NCBI GenBank assembly: GCA_964057225.1
Contig: OZ059895.1
Coordinates: 10,354,001-10,418,000 of the forward strand
Length of the DNA stretch: 64,000 nucleotides
Source: Auanema rhodensis
Lineage: Eukaryota > Animalia > Nematoda
Direction of reading: 5' to 3'
Each line of letters starts with the position of its first letter. Positions within the stretch are counted from its first letter, which is position 1. Under the pieces are notes generated by a model that was not told the origin of the DNA, made no database searches, and saw nothing but the letters and a program-made list of their open reading frames with translations. This document shows, in pieces, positions 15,001 to 30,000 of this stretch. Position numbers and translations under genes: made by a program.

Positions 15001-18000
15001 GGGCTAAAAATAAACATTTTAAAATTTTTAATTTTTCATAAAAATGGAACAAAATAGCAACTTGAGCCCGCCGGAAAATATGATTAATATGGTTCTGTGC
15101 TAACAAAATTTGTTATAGCTTTTCAATCAACTGATTCTTAGTTAATAGAGATGTAGCACGTACTTCTAGGACAGGAAATAAAATTTGTAGAATATTTAAT
15201 TTTTCATAAAAATCAAACGAAATATCAAGTTGAACCCACCGCAAAACATGATTACTATGGATATATGCTTACAAAACCTAATTCATATCATCTAACAGTT
15301 CATTCTGAGTTAAGTGAGATGTTGCCCGTAATGTTAAGACTGAAAATAAAAGTAATACATTATTTAGTTTTTCTTAAAAATCGAACAAAATAGCAACTGG
15401 AGCCCGCCGTAAAATATGATTAATATGGTTCTGTGCTAACAAAATTTGTTATTTCTTTTCAAGCAACTAATTCTTAGTTAAATGAGATGTAGCACGTACT
15501 TCTAGGACAAGAAATAAAATTTGTAGAATATTTAATTTTTCATAAAAATCAAACGAAATATCAAGTTGAACCCACCGCAAAACATGATTACTATGGATAT
15601 ATGCTTACAAAACTTAATTCATATCATCTAACAGTTCATTCTGAGTTAAGTGAGATGTTGCCCGTAATGTTAAGACTGAAAATAAAAGTAATACATTATT
15701 TAGTTTTTCTTAAAAATCGAACAAAATAGCAACTTGAGCCCGCCGTAAAATATGATTAATATATTTCTCTGCTAACAAAATTTGTTATACCTTTTCAAGC
15801 AACTAATTCTTAGTTTAATGAGATGTAGCACGTACTTCTAGGACAAGAAATAAAATTTGTAGAATATTTAATTTTTCATAAAAATCAAACGAAATATCAA
15901 GTTGAACCCACCGCAAAACATGATTACTATGGATATATGCTTACAAAACCTAATTCATATCATCTAACAGTTCATTCTGAGTTAAGTGAGATGTTGCCCG
16001 TAATGTTAAGACTGAAAATAAAAGTAATACATTATTTAGTTTTTCTTAAAAATCGAACAAACTAGCAACTTGAGCCCGCCGTAAAATATGATTAATATAT
16101 TTCTCTGCTAACAAAATTTGTTTTACTTTTTTAATCAACTAGTTTTTAGTCGAATGAGATGTAGCACGTACTTCTAGGACAAGAAATAAAATTTTTAGAA
16201 TTTTTAATTTTTCATAAAAATCAAACGAAATAGCAAGTTGAACCGGCCGCAAAACATGATTACTATGGATATATGCTTACAAAACCTAATTCATATCATC
16301 TTACAGTTCATTCTGAGTTAAGTGAGATGTTGCCCGTAATGTTAAGACTGAAAATAAAAGTAATACATTATTTAGTTTTTCTTAAAAATCGAACAAAATA
16401 GCAACTTGAGCCCGCCGTAAAATATGATTAATATGGTTCTGTGCTAACAAAATTTGTTATACCTTTTCAATCAACTAATTCTTAGTTAAATTTGATGTAG
16501 CACGTACTTCTAGGACAAGAAATAAAATTTTTAGAATATTTCATTTTTCATAAAAATCAAACGAAATATCAAGTTGAACCCGCCGCAAAACATGATTACT
16601 ATGGATATATGCTTACAAAACCAAAATTATATTATCAAACTGTCGATTTTCAGTTGAATAAGATGATGCACGTATTTCTAGGGCTAAAAATAAACATTTT
16701 AAAATTTTTAATTTTTCATAAAAATCGAACAAAATAGCAACTTGAGCCCGCCGGAAAATATGATTAATATGGTTCTGTGCTAACAAAATTTGTTATACCT
16801 TTTCAATCAACTAATTCTTAGTTAAATGAGATGTAGCACGTACTTCTAGGACAGGAAATAAAATTTTTAGAATATTTAATTTTTCATAAAAATCAAACGA
16901 TAGCAAGTTCAGCCCGCCGCAAAACATGATTACTATGGATATATGCTTACAAAACCTAATTTATATTGTCAAATAGTAAATTTTGAGTTGAATGAGATGT
17001 TGCACGTATTTCTAGGGCTAAAAATAAACATTTTAAAATTTTAAATTTTTCATAAAAATGGAACAAAATAGCAACTTGAGCCCGCCGGAAAATATGATTA
17101 ATATGGTTCTGTGCTAACAAAATTTGTTATACCTTTTCAATCAACTAATTCTTAGTTAAATGAGATGTAGCACGTACTTCTAGGACAGGAAATAAAATTT
17201 GTAGAATATTTAATTTTTCATAAAAATCAAACGAAATATCAAGTTGAACCCACCGCAAAACATGATTACTATGGATATATGCTTACAAAACCTAATTTAT
17301 ATTATCAAATAGTTAATTTTGAGTTGAATGAGATGTTGCACGTATTTCTAGGGCTAAAAATAAACATTTAAAAAATTTTAATTTTTCATAAAAATCGAAC
17401 AAAATAGCAACTTGAGCCCGCCGGAAAATATGATTAATATGGTTCTGTGCTAACAAAATTTGTTATACCTTTTCAATCAACTAATTCTTAGTTAAATGAG
17501 ATGTAGCACGTACTTCTAGGACAGGAAATAAAATTTTTAGAATATTTAATTTTTCATAAAAATCAAACGAAATAGCAAGTTCAGCCCGCCGCAAAACATG
17601 ATTACTATGGATATATGCTTACAAAACCTAATTTATATTGTCAAATAGTAAATTTTGAGTTGAATGAGATGTTGCACGTATTTCTAGGGCTAAAAATAAA
17701 CATTTTAAAATTTTTAATTTTTCATAAAAATCGAACAAAATAGCAACTTGAGCCCGCCGGAAAATATGATTAATATGGTTCTGTGCTAACAAAATTTGTT
17801 ATAGCTTTTCAATCAACTAATTCTTAGTTAATAGAGATGTAGCACGTACTTCTAGGACAAGAAATAAAATTTTTAGAATATTTCATTTTTCATAAAAATC
17901 AAACGAAATATCAAGTTGAACCCACCGCAAAACATGATTACTATGGATATATGCTTACAAAACCTAATTCATATCATCTAACAGTTCATTCTGAGTTAAG

Positions 18001-21000
18001 TGAGATGTTGCCCGTAATGTTAAGACTGAAAATAAAAGTAATACATTATTTAATTTTTCATAAAAATCGAACAAAATAGCAACTTGAGCCCGCCGGAAAA
18101 TATGATTAATATGGTTCTGTGCTAACAAAATTTGTTATAGCTTTTCAATCAACTAATTCTTAGTTAATAGAGATGTAGCACGTACTTCTAGGACAGGAAA
18201 TAAAATTTGTAGAATATTTAATTTTTCATAAAAATCAAACGAAATATCAAGTTGAACCCACCGCAAAACATGATTACTATGGATATATGCTTACAAAACC
18301 TAATTTATATTATCAAATAGTTAATTTTGAGTTGAATGAGATGTTGCACGTATTTCTAGGGCTAAAAATAAACATTTAAAAAATTTTAATTTTTCATAAA
18401 AATCGAACAAAATAGCAACTTGAGCCCGCCGGAAAATATGATTAATATATTTCTCTGCTAACAAAATTTGTTTTACTTTTTCAATCAACTAGTTCTTAGT
18501 CGAATGAGATGTAGCACGTACTTCTAGGACAAGAAATAAAATTTTTAGAATTTTTAATTTTTCATAAAAATCAAACGAAATAGCAAGTTGAACCGGCCGC
18601 AAAACATGATTACTATGGATATATGCTTACAAAACCTAATTCATATCATCTAACAGTTCATTCTGAGTTAAGTGAGATGTTGCCCGTAATGTTAAGACTG
18701 AAAATAAAAGTAATACATTATTTAGTTTTTCTTAAAAATCGAACAAAATAGCAACTTGAGCCCGCCGTAAAATATGATTAATATATTTCTCTGCTAACAA
18801 AATTTGTTTTACTTTTTTAATCAACTACTTCTTAGTCGAATGAGATGTAGCACGTACTTCTAGGACAAGAAATAAAATTTTTAGAATTTTTAATTTTTCA
18901 TAAAAATCAAACGAAATAGCAAGTTGAACCGGCCGCAAAACATGATTACTATGGATATATGCTTACAAAACCTAATTCATATCATCTAACAGTTCATTCT
19001 GAGTTAAGTGAGATGTTGCCCGTAATGTTAAGACTGAAAATAAAAGTAATACATTATTTAGTTTTTCTTAAAAATCGAACAAAATAGCAACTTGAGCCCG
19101 CCGTAAAATATGATTAATATATTTCTCTGCTAACAAAATTTGTTTTACTTTTTCAATCAACTAGTTCTTAGTCGAATGAGATGTAGCACGTACTTCTAGG
19201 ACAAGAAATAAAATTTTTAGAATTTTTAATTTTTCATAAAAATCAAACGAAATAGCAAGTTGAACCGGCCGCAAAACATGATTACTATGGATATATGCTT
19301 ACAAAACCTAATTCATATCATCTAACAGTTCATTCTGAGTTAAGTGAGATGTTGCCCGTAATGTTAAGACTGAAAATAAAAGTAATACATTATTTAGTTT
19401 TTCTTAAAAATCGAACAAAATAGCAACTTGAGCCCGCCGTAAAATATGATTAATATATTTCTCTGCTAACAAAATTTGTTTTACTTTTTCAATCAACTAG
19501 TTCTTAGTCGAATGAGATGTAGCACGTACTTCTAGGACAAGAAATAAAATTTTTAGAATTTTTAATTTTTCATAAAAATCAAACGAAATAGCAAGTTGAA
19601 CCGGCCGCAAAACATGATTACTATGGATATATGCTTACAAAACCTAATTCATATCATCTAACAGTTCATTCTGAGTTAAGTGAGATGTTGCCCGTAATGT
19701 TAAGACTGAAAATAAAAGTAATACATTATTTAGTTTTTCTTAAAAATCGAACAAAATAGCAACTTGAGCCCGCCGGAAAATATGATTAATATGGTTCTGT
19801 GCTAACAAAATTTGTTATACCTTTTCAATCAACTAATTCTTAGTTAAATGAGATGTAGCACGTACTTCTAGGACAGGAAATAAAATTTTTAGAATATTTA
19901 ATTTTTCATAAAAATCAAACGATAGCAAGTTCAGCCCGCCGCAAAACATGATTACTATGGATATATGCTTACAAAACCTAATTTATATTGTCAAATAGTA
20001 AATTTTGAGTTGAATGAGATGTTGCACGTATTTCTAGGGCTAAAAATAAACATTTTAAAATTTTTAATTTTTCATAAAAATGGAACAAAATAGCAACTTG
20101 AGCCCGCCGGAAAATATGATTAATATGGTTCTGTGCTAACAAAATTTGTTATAGCTTTTCAATCAACTGATTCTTAGTTAATAGAGATGTAGCACGTACT
20201 TCTAGGACAGGAAATAAAATTTGTAGAATATTTAATTTTTCATAAAAATCAAACGAAATATCAAGTTGAACCCACCGCAAAACATGATTACTATGGATAT
20301 ATGCTTACAAAACCTAATTCATATCATCTAACAGTTCATTCTGAGTTAAGTGAGATGTTGCCCGTAATGTTAAGACTGAAAATAAAAGTAATACATTATT
20401 TAGTTTTTCTTAAAAATCGAACAAAATAGCAACTGGAGCCCGCCGTAAAATATGATTAATATGGTTCTGTGCTAACAAAATTTGTTATTTCTTTTCAAGC
20501 AACTAATTCTTAGTTAAATGAGATGTAGCACGTACTTCTAGGACAAGAAATAAAATTTGTAGAATATTTAATTTTTCATAAAAATCAAACGAAATATCAA
20601 GTTGAACCCACCGCAAAACATGATTACTATGGATATATGCTTACAAAACTTAATTCATATCATCTAACAGTTCATTCTGAGTTAAGTGAGATGTTGCCCG
20701 TAATGTTAAGACTGAAAATAAAAGTAATACATTATTTAGTTTTTCTTAAAAATCGAACAAAATAGCAACTTGAGCCCGCCGTAAAATATGATTAATATAT
20801 TTCTCTGCTAACAAAATTTGTTATACCTTTTCAAGCAACTAATTCTTAGTTTAATGAGATGTAGCACGTACTTCTAGGACAAGAAATAAAATTTGTAGAA
20901 TATTTAATTTTTCATAAAAATCAAACGAAATATCAAGTTGAACCCACCGCAAAACATGATTACTATGGATATATGCTTACAAAACCTAATTCATATCATC

Positions 21001-24000
21001 TAACAGTTCATTCTGAGTTAAGTGAGATGTTGCCCGTAATGTTAAGACTGAAAATAAAAGTAATACATTATTTAGTTTTTCTTAAAAATCGAACAAACTA
21101 GCAACTTGAGCCCGCCGTAAAATATGATTAATATATTTCTCTGCTAACAAAATTTGTTTTACTTTTTTAATCAACTAGTTTTTAGTCGAATGAGATGTAG
21201 CACGTACTTCTAGGACAAGAAATAAAATTTTTAGAATTTTTAATTTTTCATAAAAATCAAACGAAATAGCAAGTTGAACCGGCCGCAAAACATGATTACT
21301 ATGGATATATGCTTACAAAACCTAATTCATATCATCTTACAGTTCATTCTGAGTTAAGTGAGATGTTGCCCGTAATGTTAAGACTGAAAATAAAAGTAAT
21401 ACATTATTTAGTTTTTCTTAAAAATCGAACAAAATAGCAACTTGAGCCCGCCGTAAAATATGATTAATATGGTTCTGTGCTAACAAAATTTGTTATACCT
21501 TTTCAATCAACTAATTCTTAGTTAAATTTGATGTAGCACGTACTTCTAGGACAAGAAATAAAATTTTTAGAATATTTCATTTTTCATAAAAATCAAACGA
21601 AATATCAAGTTGAACCCGCCGCAAAACATGATTACTATGGATATATGCTTACAAAACCAAAATTATATTATCAAACTGTCGATTTTCAGTTGAATAAGAT
21701 GATGCACGTATTTCTAGGGCTAAAAATAAACATTTTAAAATTTTTAATTTTTCATAAAAATCGAACAAAATAGCAACTTGAGCCCGCCGGAAAATATGAT
21801 TAATATGGTTCTGTGCTAACAAAATTTGTTATACCTTTTCAATCAACTAATTCTTAGTTAAATGAGATGTAGCACGTACTTCTAGGACAGGAAATAAAAT
21901 TTTTAGAATATTTAATTTTTCATAAAAATCAAACGATAGCAAGTTCAGCCCGCCGCAAAACATGATTACTATGGATATATGCTTACAAAACCTAATTTAT
22001 ATTGTCAAATAGTAAATTTTGAGTTGAATGAGATGTTGCACGTATTTCTAGGGCTAAAAATAAACATTTTAAAATTTTAAATTTTTCATAAAAATGGAAC
22101 AAAATAGCAACTTGAGCCCGCCGGAAAATATGATTAATATGGTTCTGTGCTAACAAAATTTGTTATACCTTTTCAATCAACTAATTCTTAGTTAAATGAG
22201 ATGTAGCACGTACTTCTAGGACAGGAAATAAAATTTGTAGAATATTTAATTTTTCATAAAAATCAAACGAAATATCAAGTTGAACCCACCGCAAAACATG
22301 ATTACTATGGATATATGCTTACAAAACCTAATTTATATTATCAAATAGTTAATTTTGAGTTGAATGAGATGTTGCACGTATTTCTAGGGCTAAAAATAAA
22401 CATTTAAAAAATTTTAATTTTTCATAAAAATCGAACAAAATAGCAACTTGAGCCCGCCGGAAAATATGATTAATATGGTTCTGTGCTAACAAAATTTGTT
22501 ATACCTTTTCAATCAACTAATTCTTAGTTAAATGAGATGTAGCACGTACTTCTAGGACAGGAAATAAAATTTTTAGAATATTTAATTTTTCATAAAAATC
22601 AAACGAAATAGCAAGTTCAGCCCGCCGCAAAACATGATTACTATGGATATATGCTTACAAAACCTAATTTATATTGTCAAATAGTAAATTTTGAGTTGAA
22701 TGAGATGTTGCACGTATTTCTAGGGCTAAAAATAAACATTTTAAAATTTTTAATTTTTCATAAAAATCGAACAAAATAGCAACTTGAGCCCGCCGGAAAA
22801 TATGATTAATATGGTTCTGTGCTAACAAAATTTGTTATAGCTTTTCAATCAACTAATTCTTAGTTAATAGAGATGTAGCACGTACTTCTAGGACAAGAAA
22901 TAAAATTTTTAGAATATTTCATTTTTCATAAAAATCAAACGAAATATCAAGTTCAGCCCGCCGCAAAACATGATTACTATGGATATATGCTTACAAAACC
23001 TAATTTATATTGTCAAATAGTAAATTTTGAGTTGAATGAGATGTTGCACGTATTTCTAGGGCTAAAAATAAACATTTTAAAATTTTTAATTTTTCATAAA
23101 AATGGAACAAAATAGCAACTTGAGCCCGCCGGAAAATATGATTAATATGGTTCTGTGCTAACAAAATTTGTTATAGCTTTTCAATCAACTGATTCTTAGT
23201 TAATAGAGATGTAGCACGTACTTCTAGGACAGGAAATAAAATTTGTAGAATATTTAATTTTTCATAAAAATCAAACGAAATATCAAGTTGAACCCACCGC
23301 AAAACATGATTACTATGGATATATGCTTACAAAACCTAATTCATATCATCTAACAGTTCATTCTGAGTTAAGTGAGATGTTGCCCGTAATGTTAAGACTG
23401 AAAATAAAAGTAATACATTATTTAGTTTTTCTTAAAAATCGAACAAAATAGCAACTGGAGCCCGCCGTAAAATATGATTAATATGGTTCTGTGCTAACAA
23501 AATTTGTTATTTCTTTTCAAGCAACTAATTCTTAGTTAAATGAGATGTAGCACGTACTTCTAGGACAAGAAATAAAATTTGTAGAATATTTAATTTTTCA
23601 TAAAAATCAAACGAAATATCAAGTTGAACCCACCGCAAAACATGATTACTATGGATATATGCTTACAAAACTTAATTCATATCATCTAACAGTTCATTCT
23701 GAGTTAAGTGAGATGTTGCCCGTAATGTTAAGACTGAAAATAAAAGTAATACATTATTTAGTTTTTCTTAAAAATCGAACAAAATAGCAACTTGAGCCCG
23801 CCGTAAAATATGATTAATATATTTCTCTGCTAACAAAATTTGTTATACCTTTTCAAGCAACTAATTCTTAGTTTAATGAGATGTAGCACGTACTTCTAGG
23901 ACAAGAAATAAAATTTGTAGAATATTTAATTTTTCATAAAAATCAAACGAAATATCAAGTTGAACCCACCGCAAAACATGATTACTATGGATATATGCTT

Positions 24001-27000
24001 ACAAAACCTAATTCATATCATCTAACAGTTCATTCTGAGTTAAGTGAGATGTTGCCCGTAATGTTAAGACTGAAAATAAAAGTAATACATTATTTAGTTT
24101 TTCTTAAAAATCGAACAAACTAGCAACTTGAGCCCGCCGTAAAATATGATTAATATATTTCTCTGCTAACAAAATTTGTTTTACTTTTTTAATCAACTAG
24201 TTTTTAGTCGAATGAGATGTAGCACGTACTTCTAGGACAAGAAATAAAATTTTTAGAATTTTTAATTTTTCATAAAAATCAAACGAAATAGCAAGTTGAA
24301 CCGGCCGCAAAACATGATTACTATGGATATATGCTTACAAAACCTAATTCATATCATCTTACAGTTCATTCTGAGTTAAGTGAGATGTTGCCCGTAATGT
24401 TAAGACTGAAAATAAAAGTAATACATTATTTAGTTTTTCTTAAAAATCGAACAAAATAGCAACTTGAGCCCGCCGTAAAATATGATTAATATGGTTCTGT
24501 GCTAACAAAATTTGTTATACCTTTTCAATCAACTAATTCTTAGTTAAATTTGATGTAGCACGTACTTCTAGGACAAGAAATAAAATTTTTAGAATATTTC
24601 ATTTTTCATAAAAATCAAACGAAATATCAAGTTGAACCCGCCGCAAAACATGATTACTATGGATATATGCTTACAAAACCAAAATTATATTATCAAACTG
24701 TCGATTTTCAGTTGAATAAGATGATGCACGTATTTCTAGGGCTAAAAATAAACATTTTAAAATTTTTAATTTTTCATAAAAATCGAACAAAATAGCAACT
24801 TGAGCCCGCCGGAAAATATGATTAATATGGTTCTGTGCTAACAAAATTTGTTATACCTTTTCAATCAACTAATTCTTAGTTAAATGAGATGTAGCACGTA
24901 CTTCTAGGACAGGAAATAAAATTTTTAGAATATTTAATTTTTCATAAAAATCAAACGATAGCAAGTTCAGCCCGCCGCAAAACATGATTACTATGGATAT
25001 ATGCTTACAAAACCTAATTTATATTGTCAAATAGTAAATTTTGAGTTGAATGAGATGTTGCACGTATTTCTAGGGCTAAAAATAAACATTTTAAAATTTT
25101 AAATTTTTCATAAAAATGGAACAAAATAGCAACTTGAGCCCGCCGGAAAATATGATTAATATGGTTCTGTGCTAACAAAATTTGTTATACCTTTTCAATC
25201 AACTAATTCTTAGTTAAATGAGATGTAGCACGTACTTCTAGGACAGGAAATAAAATTTGTAGAATATTTAATTTTTCATAAAAATCAAACGAAATATCAA
25301 GTTGAACCCACCGCAAAACATGATTACTATGGATATATGCTTACAAAACCTAATTTATATTATCAAATAGTTAATTTTGAGTTGAATGAGATGTTGCACG
25401 TATTTCTAGGGCTAAAAATAAACATTTAAAAAATTTTAATTTTTCATAAAAATCGAACAAAATAGCAACTTGAGCCCGCCGGAAAATATGATTAATATGG
25501 TTCTGTGCTAACAAAATTTGTTATACCTTTTCAATCAACTAATTCTTAGTTAAATGAGATGTAGCACGTACTTCTAGGACAGGAAATAAAATTTTTAGAA
25601 TATTTAATTTTTCATAAAAATCAAACGAAATAGCAAGTTCAGCCCGCCGCAAAACATGATTACTATGGATATATGCTTACAAAACCTAATTTATATTGTC
25701 AAATAGTAAATTTTGAGTTGAATGAGATGTTGCACGTATTTCTAGGGCTAAAAATAAACATTTTAAAATTTTTAATTTTTCATAAAAATCGAACAAAATA
25801 GCAACTTGAGCCCGCCGGAAAATATGATTAATATGGTTCTGTGCTAACAAAATTTGTTATAGCTTTTCAATCAACTAATTCTTAGTTAATAGAGATGTAG
25901 CACGTACTTCTAGGACAGGAAATAAAATTTGTAGAATATTTAATTTTTCATAAAAATCAAACGAAATATCAAGTTGAACCCACCGCAAAACATGATTACT
26001 ATGGATATATGCTTACAAAACCTAATTTATATTATCAAATAGTTAATTTTGAGTTGAATGAGATGTTGCACGTATTTCTAGGGCTAAAAATAAACATTTT
26101 AAAATTTTTAATTTTTCATAAAAATCGAACAAAATAGCAACTTGAGCCCGCCGGAAAATATGATTAATATGGTTCTGTGCTAACAAAATTTGTTTTGCCT
26201 CCTCAATCAACTAATTCTTAGTTAAATGAGATGTAGCACGTACTTCTAGGACAAGAAATAAAATTTGTAGAATATTTAATTTTTCATAAAAATCAAACGA
26301 AATATCAAGTTGAACCCACCGCAAAACATGATTACTATGGATATATGCTTACAAAACCTAATTCATATCATCTAACAGTTCATTCTGAGTTAAGTGAGAT
26401 GTTGCCCGTAATGTTAAGACTGAAAATAAAAGTAATACATTATTTAGTTTTTCTTAAAAATCGAACAAACTAGCAACTTGAGCCCGCCGTAAAATATGAT
26501 TAATATATTTCTCTGCTAACAAAATTTGTTTTACTTTTTTAATCAACTAGTTTTTAGTCGAATGAGATGTAGCACGTACTTCTAGGACAAGAAATAAAAT
26601 TTTTAGAATTTTTAATTTTTCATAAAAATCAAACGAAATAGCAAGTTGAACCGGCCGCAAAACATGATTACTATGGATATATGCTTACAAAACCTAATTC
26701 ATATCATCTTACAGTTCATTCTGAGTTAAGTGAGATGTTGCCCGTAATGTTAAGACTGAAAATAAAAGTAATACATTATTTAGTTTTTCTTAAAAATCGA
26801 ACAAAATAGCAACTTGAGCCCGCCGTAAAATATGATTAATATGGTTCTGTGCTAACAAAATTTGTTATACCTTTTCAATCAACTAATTCTTAGTTAAATG
26901 AGATGTAGCACGTACTTCTAGGACAAGAAATAAAATTTTTAGAATATTTCATTTTTCATAAAAATCAAACGAAATATCAAGTTGAACCCGCCGCAAAACA

Positions 27001-30000
27001 TGATTACTATGGATATATGCTTACAAAACCAAAATTATATTATCAAACTGTCGATTTTCAGTTGAATAAGATGTTGCACGTATTTCTAGGGCTAAAAATA
27101 AACATTTTAAAATTTTTAATTTTTCATAAAAATCGAACAAAATAGCAACTTGAGCCCGCCGGAAAATATGATTAATATGGTTCTGTGCTAACAAAATTTG
27201 TTATAGCTTTTCAATCAACTAATTCTTAGTTAAATGAGATGTAGCACGTACTTCTAGGACAGGAAATAAAATTTGTAGAATATTTAATTTTTCATAAAAA
27301 TCAAACGAAATATCAAGTTGAACCCACCGCAAAACATGATTACTATGGATATATGCTTACAAAACCTAATTTATATTATCAAATAGTTAATTTTGAGTTG
27401 AATGAGATGTTGCACGTATTTCTAGGGCTAAAAATAAACATTTTAAAATTTTTAATTTTTCATAAAAATCGAACAAAATAGCAACTTGAGCCCGCCGGAA
27501 AATATGATTAATATGGTTCTGTGCTAACAAAATTTGTTATAGCTTTTCAATCAACTAATTCTTAGTTAATAGAGATGTAGCACGTACTTCTAGGACAGGA
27601 AATAAAATTTGTAGAATATTTAATTTTTCATAAAAATCAAACGAAATATCAAGTTGAACCCACCGCAAAACATGATTACTATGGATATATGCTTACAAAA
27701 CCTAATTTATATTATCAAATAGTTAATTTTGAGTTGAATGAGATGTTGCACGTATTTCTAGGGCTAAAAATAAACATTTAAAAAATTTTAATTTTTCATA
27801 AAAATCGAACAAAATAGCAACTTGAGCCCGCCGGAAAATATGATTAATATGGTTCTGTGCTAACAAAATTTGTTTTGCCTCCTCAATCAACTAATTCTTA
27901 GTCAAATGAGATGTAGCACGTACTTCTAGGACAAGAAATAAAATTTGTAGAATATTTAATTTTTCATAAAAATCAAACGAAATATCAAGTTGAACCCACC
28001 GCAAAACATGATTACTATGGATATATGCTTACAAAACCTAATTCATATCATCTAACAGTTCATTCTGAGTTAAGTGAGATGTTGCCCGTAATGTTAAGAC
28101 TGAAAATAAAAGTAATACATTATTTAGTTTTTCTTAAAAATCGAACAAACTAGCAACTTGAGCCCGCCGTAAAATATGATTAATATATTTCTCTGCTAAC
28201 AAAATTTGTTTTACTTTTTTAATCAACTAGTTTTTAGTCGAATGAGATGTAGCACGTACTTCTAGGACAAGAAATAAAATTTTTAGAATTTTTAATTTTT
28301 CATAAAAATCAAACGAAATAGCAAGTTGAACCGGCCGCAAAACATGATTACTATGGATATATGCTTACAAAACCTAATTCATATCATCTTACAGTTCATT
28401 CTGAGTTAAGTGAGATGTTGCCCGTAATGTTAAGACTGAAAATAAAAGTAATACATTATTTAGTTTTTCTTAAAAATCGAACAAAATAGCAACTTGAGCC
28501 CGCCGTAAAATATGATTAATATGGTTCTGTGCTAACAAAATTTGTTATACCTTTTCAATCAACTAATTCTTAGTTAAATGAGATGTAGCACGTACTTCTA
28601 GGACAAGAAATAAAATTTTTAGAATATTTCATTTTTCATAAAAATCAAACGAAATATCAAGTTGAACCCGCCGCAAAACATGATTACTATGGATATATGC
28701 TTACAAAACCAAAATTATATTATCAAACTGTCGATTTTCAGTTGAATAAGATGATGCACGTATTTCTAGGGCTAAAAATAAACATTTTAAAATTTTTAAT
28801 TTTTCATAAAAATCGAACAAAATAGCAACTTGAGCCCGCCGGAAAATATGATTAATATGGTTCTGTGCTAACAAAATTTGTTATACCTTTTCAATCAACT
28901 AATTCTTAGTTAAATGAGATGTAGCACGTACTTCTAGGACAGGAAATAAAATTTTTAGAATATTTAATTTTTCATAAAAATCAAACGAAATAGCAAGTTC
29001 AGCCCGCCGCAAAACATGATTACTATGGATATATGCTTACAAAACCTAATTTATATTGTCAAATAGTAAATTTTGAGTTGAATGAGATGTTGCACGTATT
29101 TCTAGGGCTAAAAATAAACATTTTAAAATTTTTAATTTTTCATAAAAATGGAACAAAATAGCAACTTGAGCCCGCCGGAAAATATGATTAATATGGTTCT
29201 GTGCTAACAAAATTTGTTATAGCTTTTCAATCAACTAATTCTTAGTTAAATGAGATGTAGCACGTACTTCTAGGACAGGAAATAAAATTTGTAGAATATT
29301 TAATTTTTCATAAAAATCAAACGAAATATCAAGTTGAACCCACCGCAAAACATGATTACTATGGATATATGCTTACAAAACCTAATTTATATTGTCAAAT
29401 AGTAAATTTTGAGTTGAATGAGATGTTGCACGTATTTCTAGGGCTAAAAATAAACATTTTAAAATTTTTAATTTTTCATAAAAATGGAACAAAATAGCAA
29501 CTTGAGCCCGCCGGAAAATATGATTAATATGGTTCTGTGCTAACAAAATTTGTTATAGCTTTTCAATCAACTAATTCTTAGTTAATAGAGATGTAGCACG
29601 TACTTCTAGGACAGGAAATAAAATTTGTAGAATATTTAATTTTTCATAAAAATCAAACGAAATATCAAGTTGAACCCACCGCAAAACATGATTACTATGG
29701 ATATATGCTTACAAAACCTAATTTATATTGTCAAATAGTAAATTTTGAGTTGAATGAGATGTTGCACGTATTTCTAGGGCTAAAAATAAACATTTAAAAA
29801 ATTTTAATTTTTCATAAAAATCGAACAAAATAGCAACTTGAGCCCGCCGGAAAATATGATTAATATGGTTCTGTGCTAACAAAATTTGTTATTTCTTTTC
29901 AAACAACTAATTCTTAGTTAAATGAGATGTAGCACGTACTTCTAGGACAAGAAATAAAATTTGTAGAATATTTAATTTTTCATAAAAATCAAACGAAATA

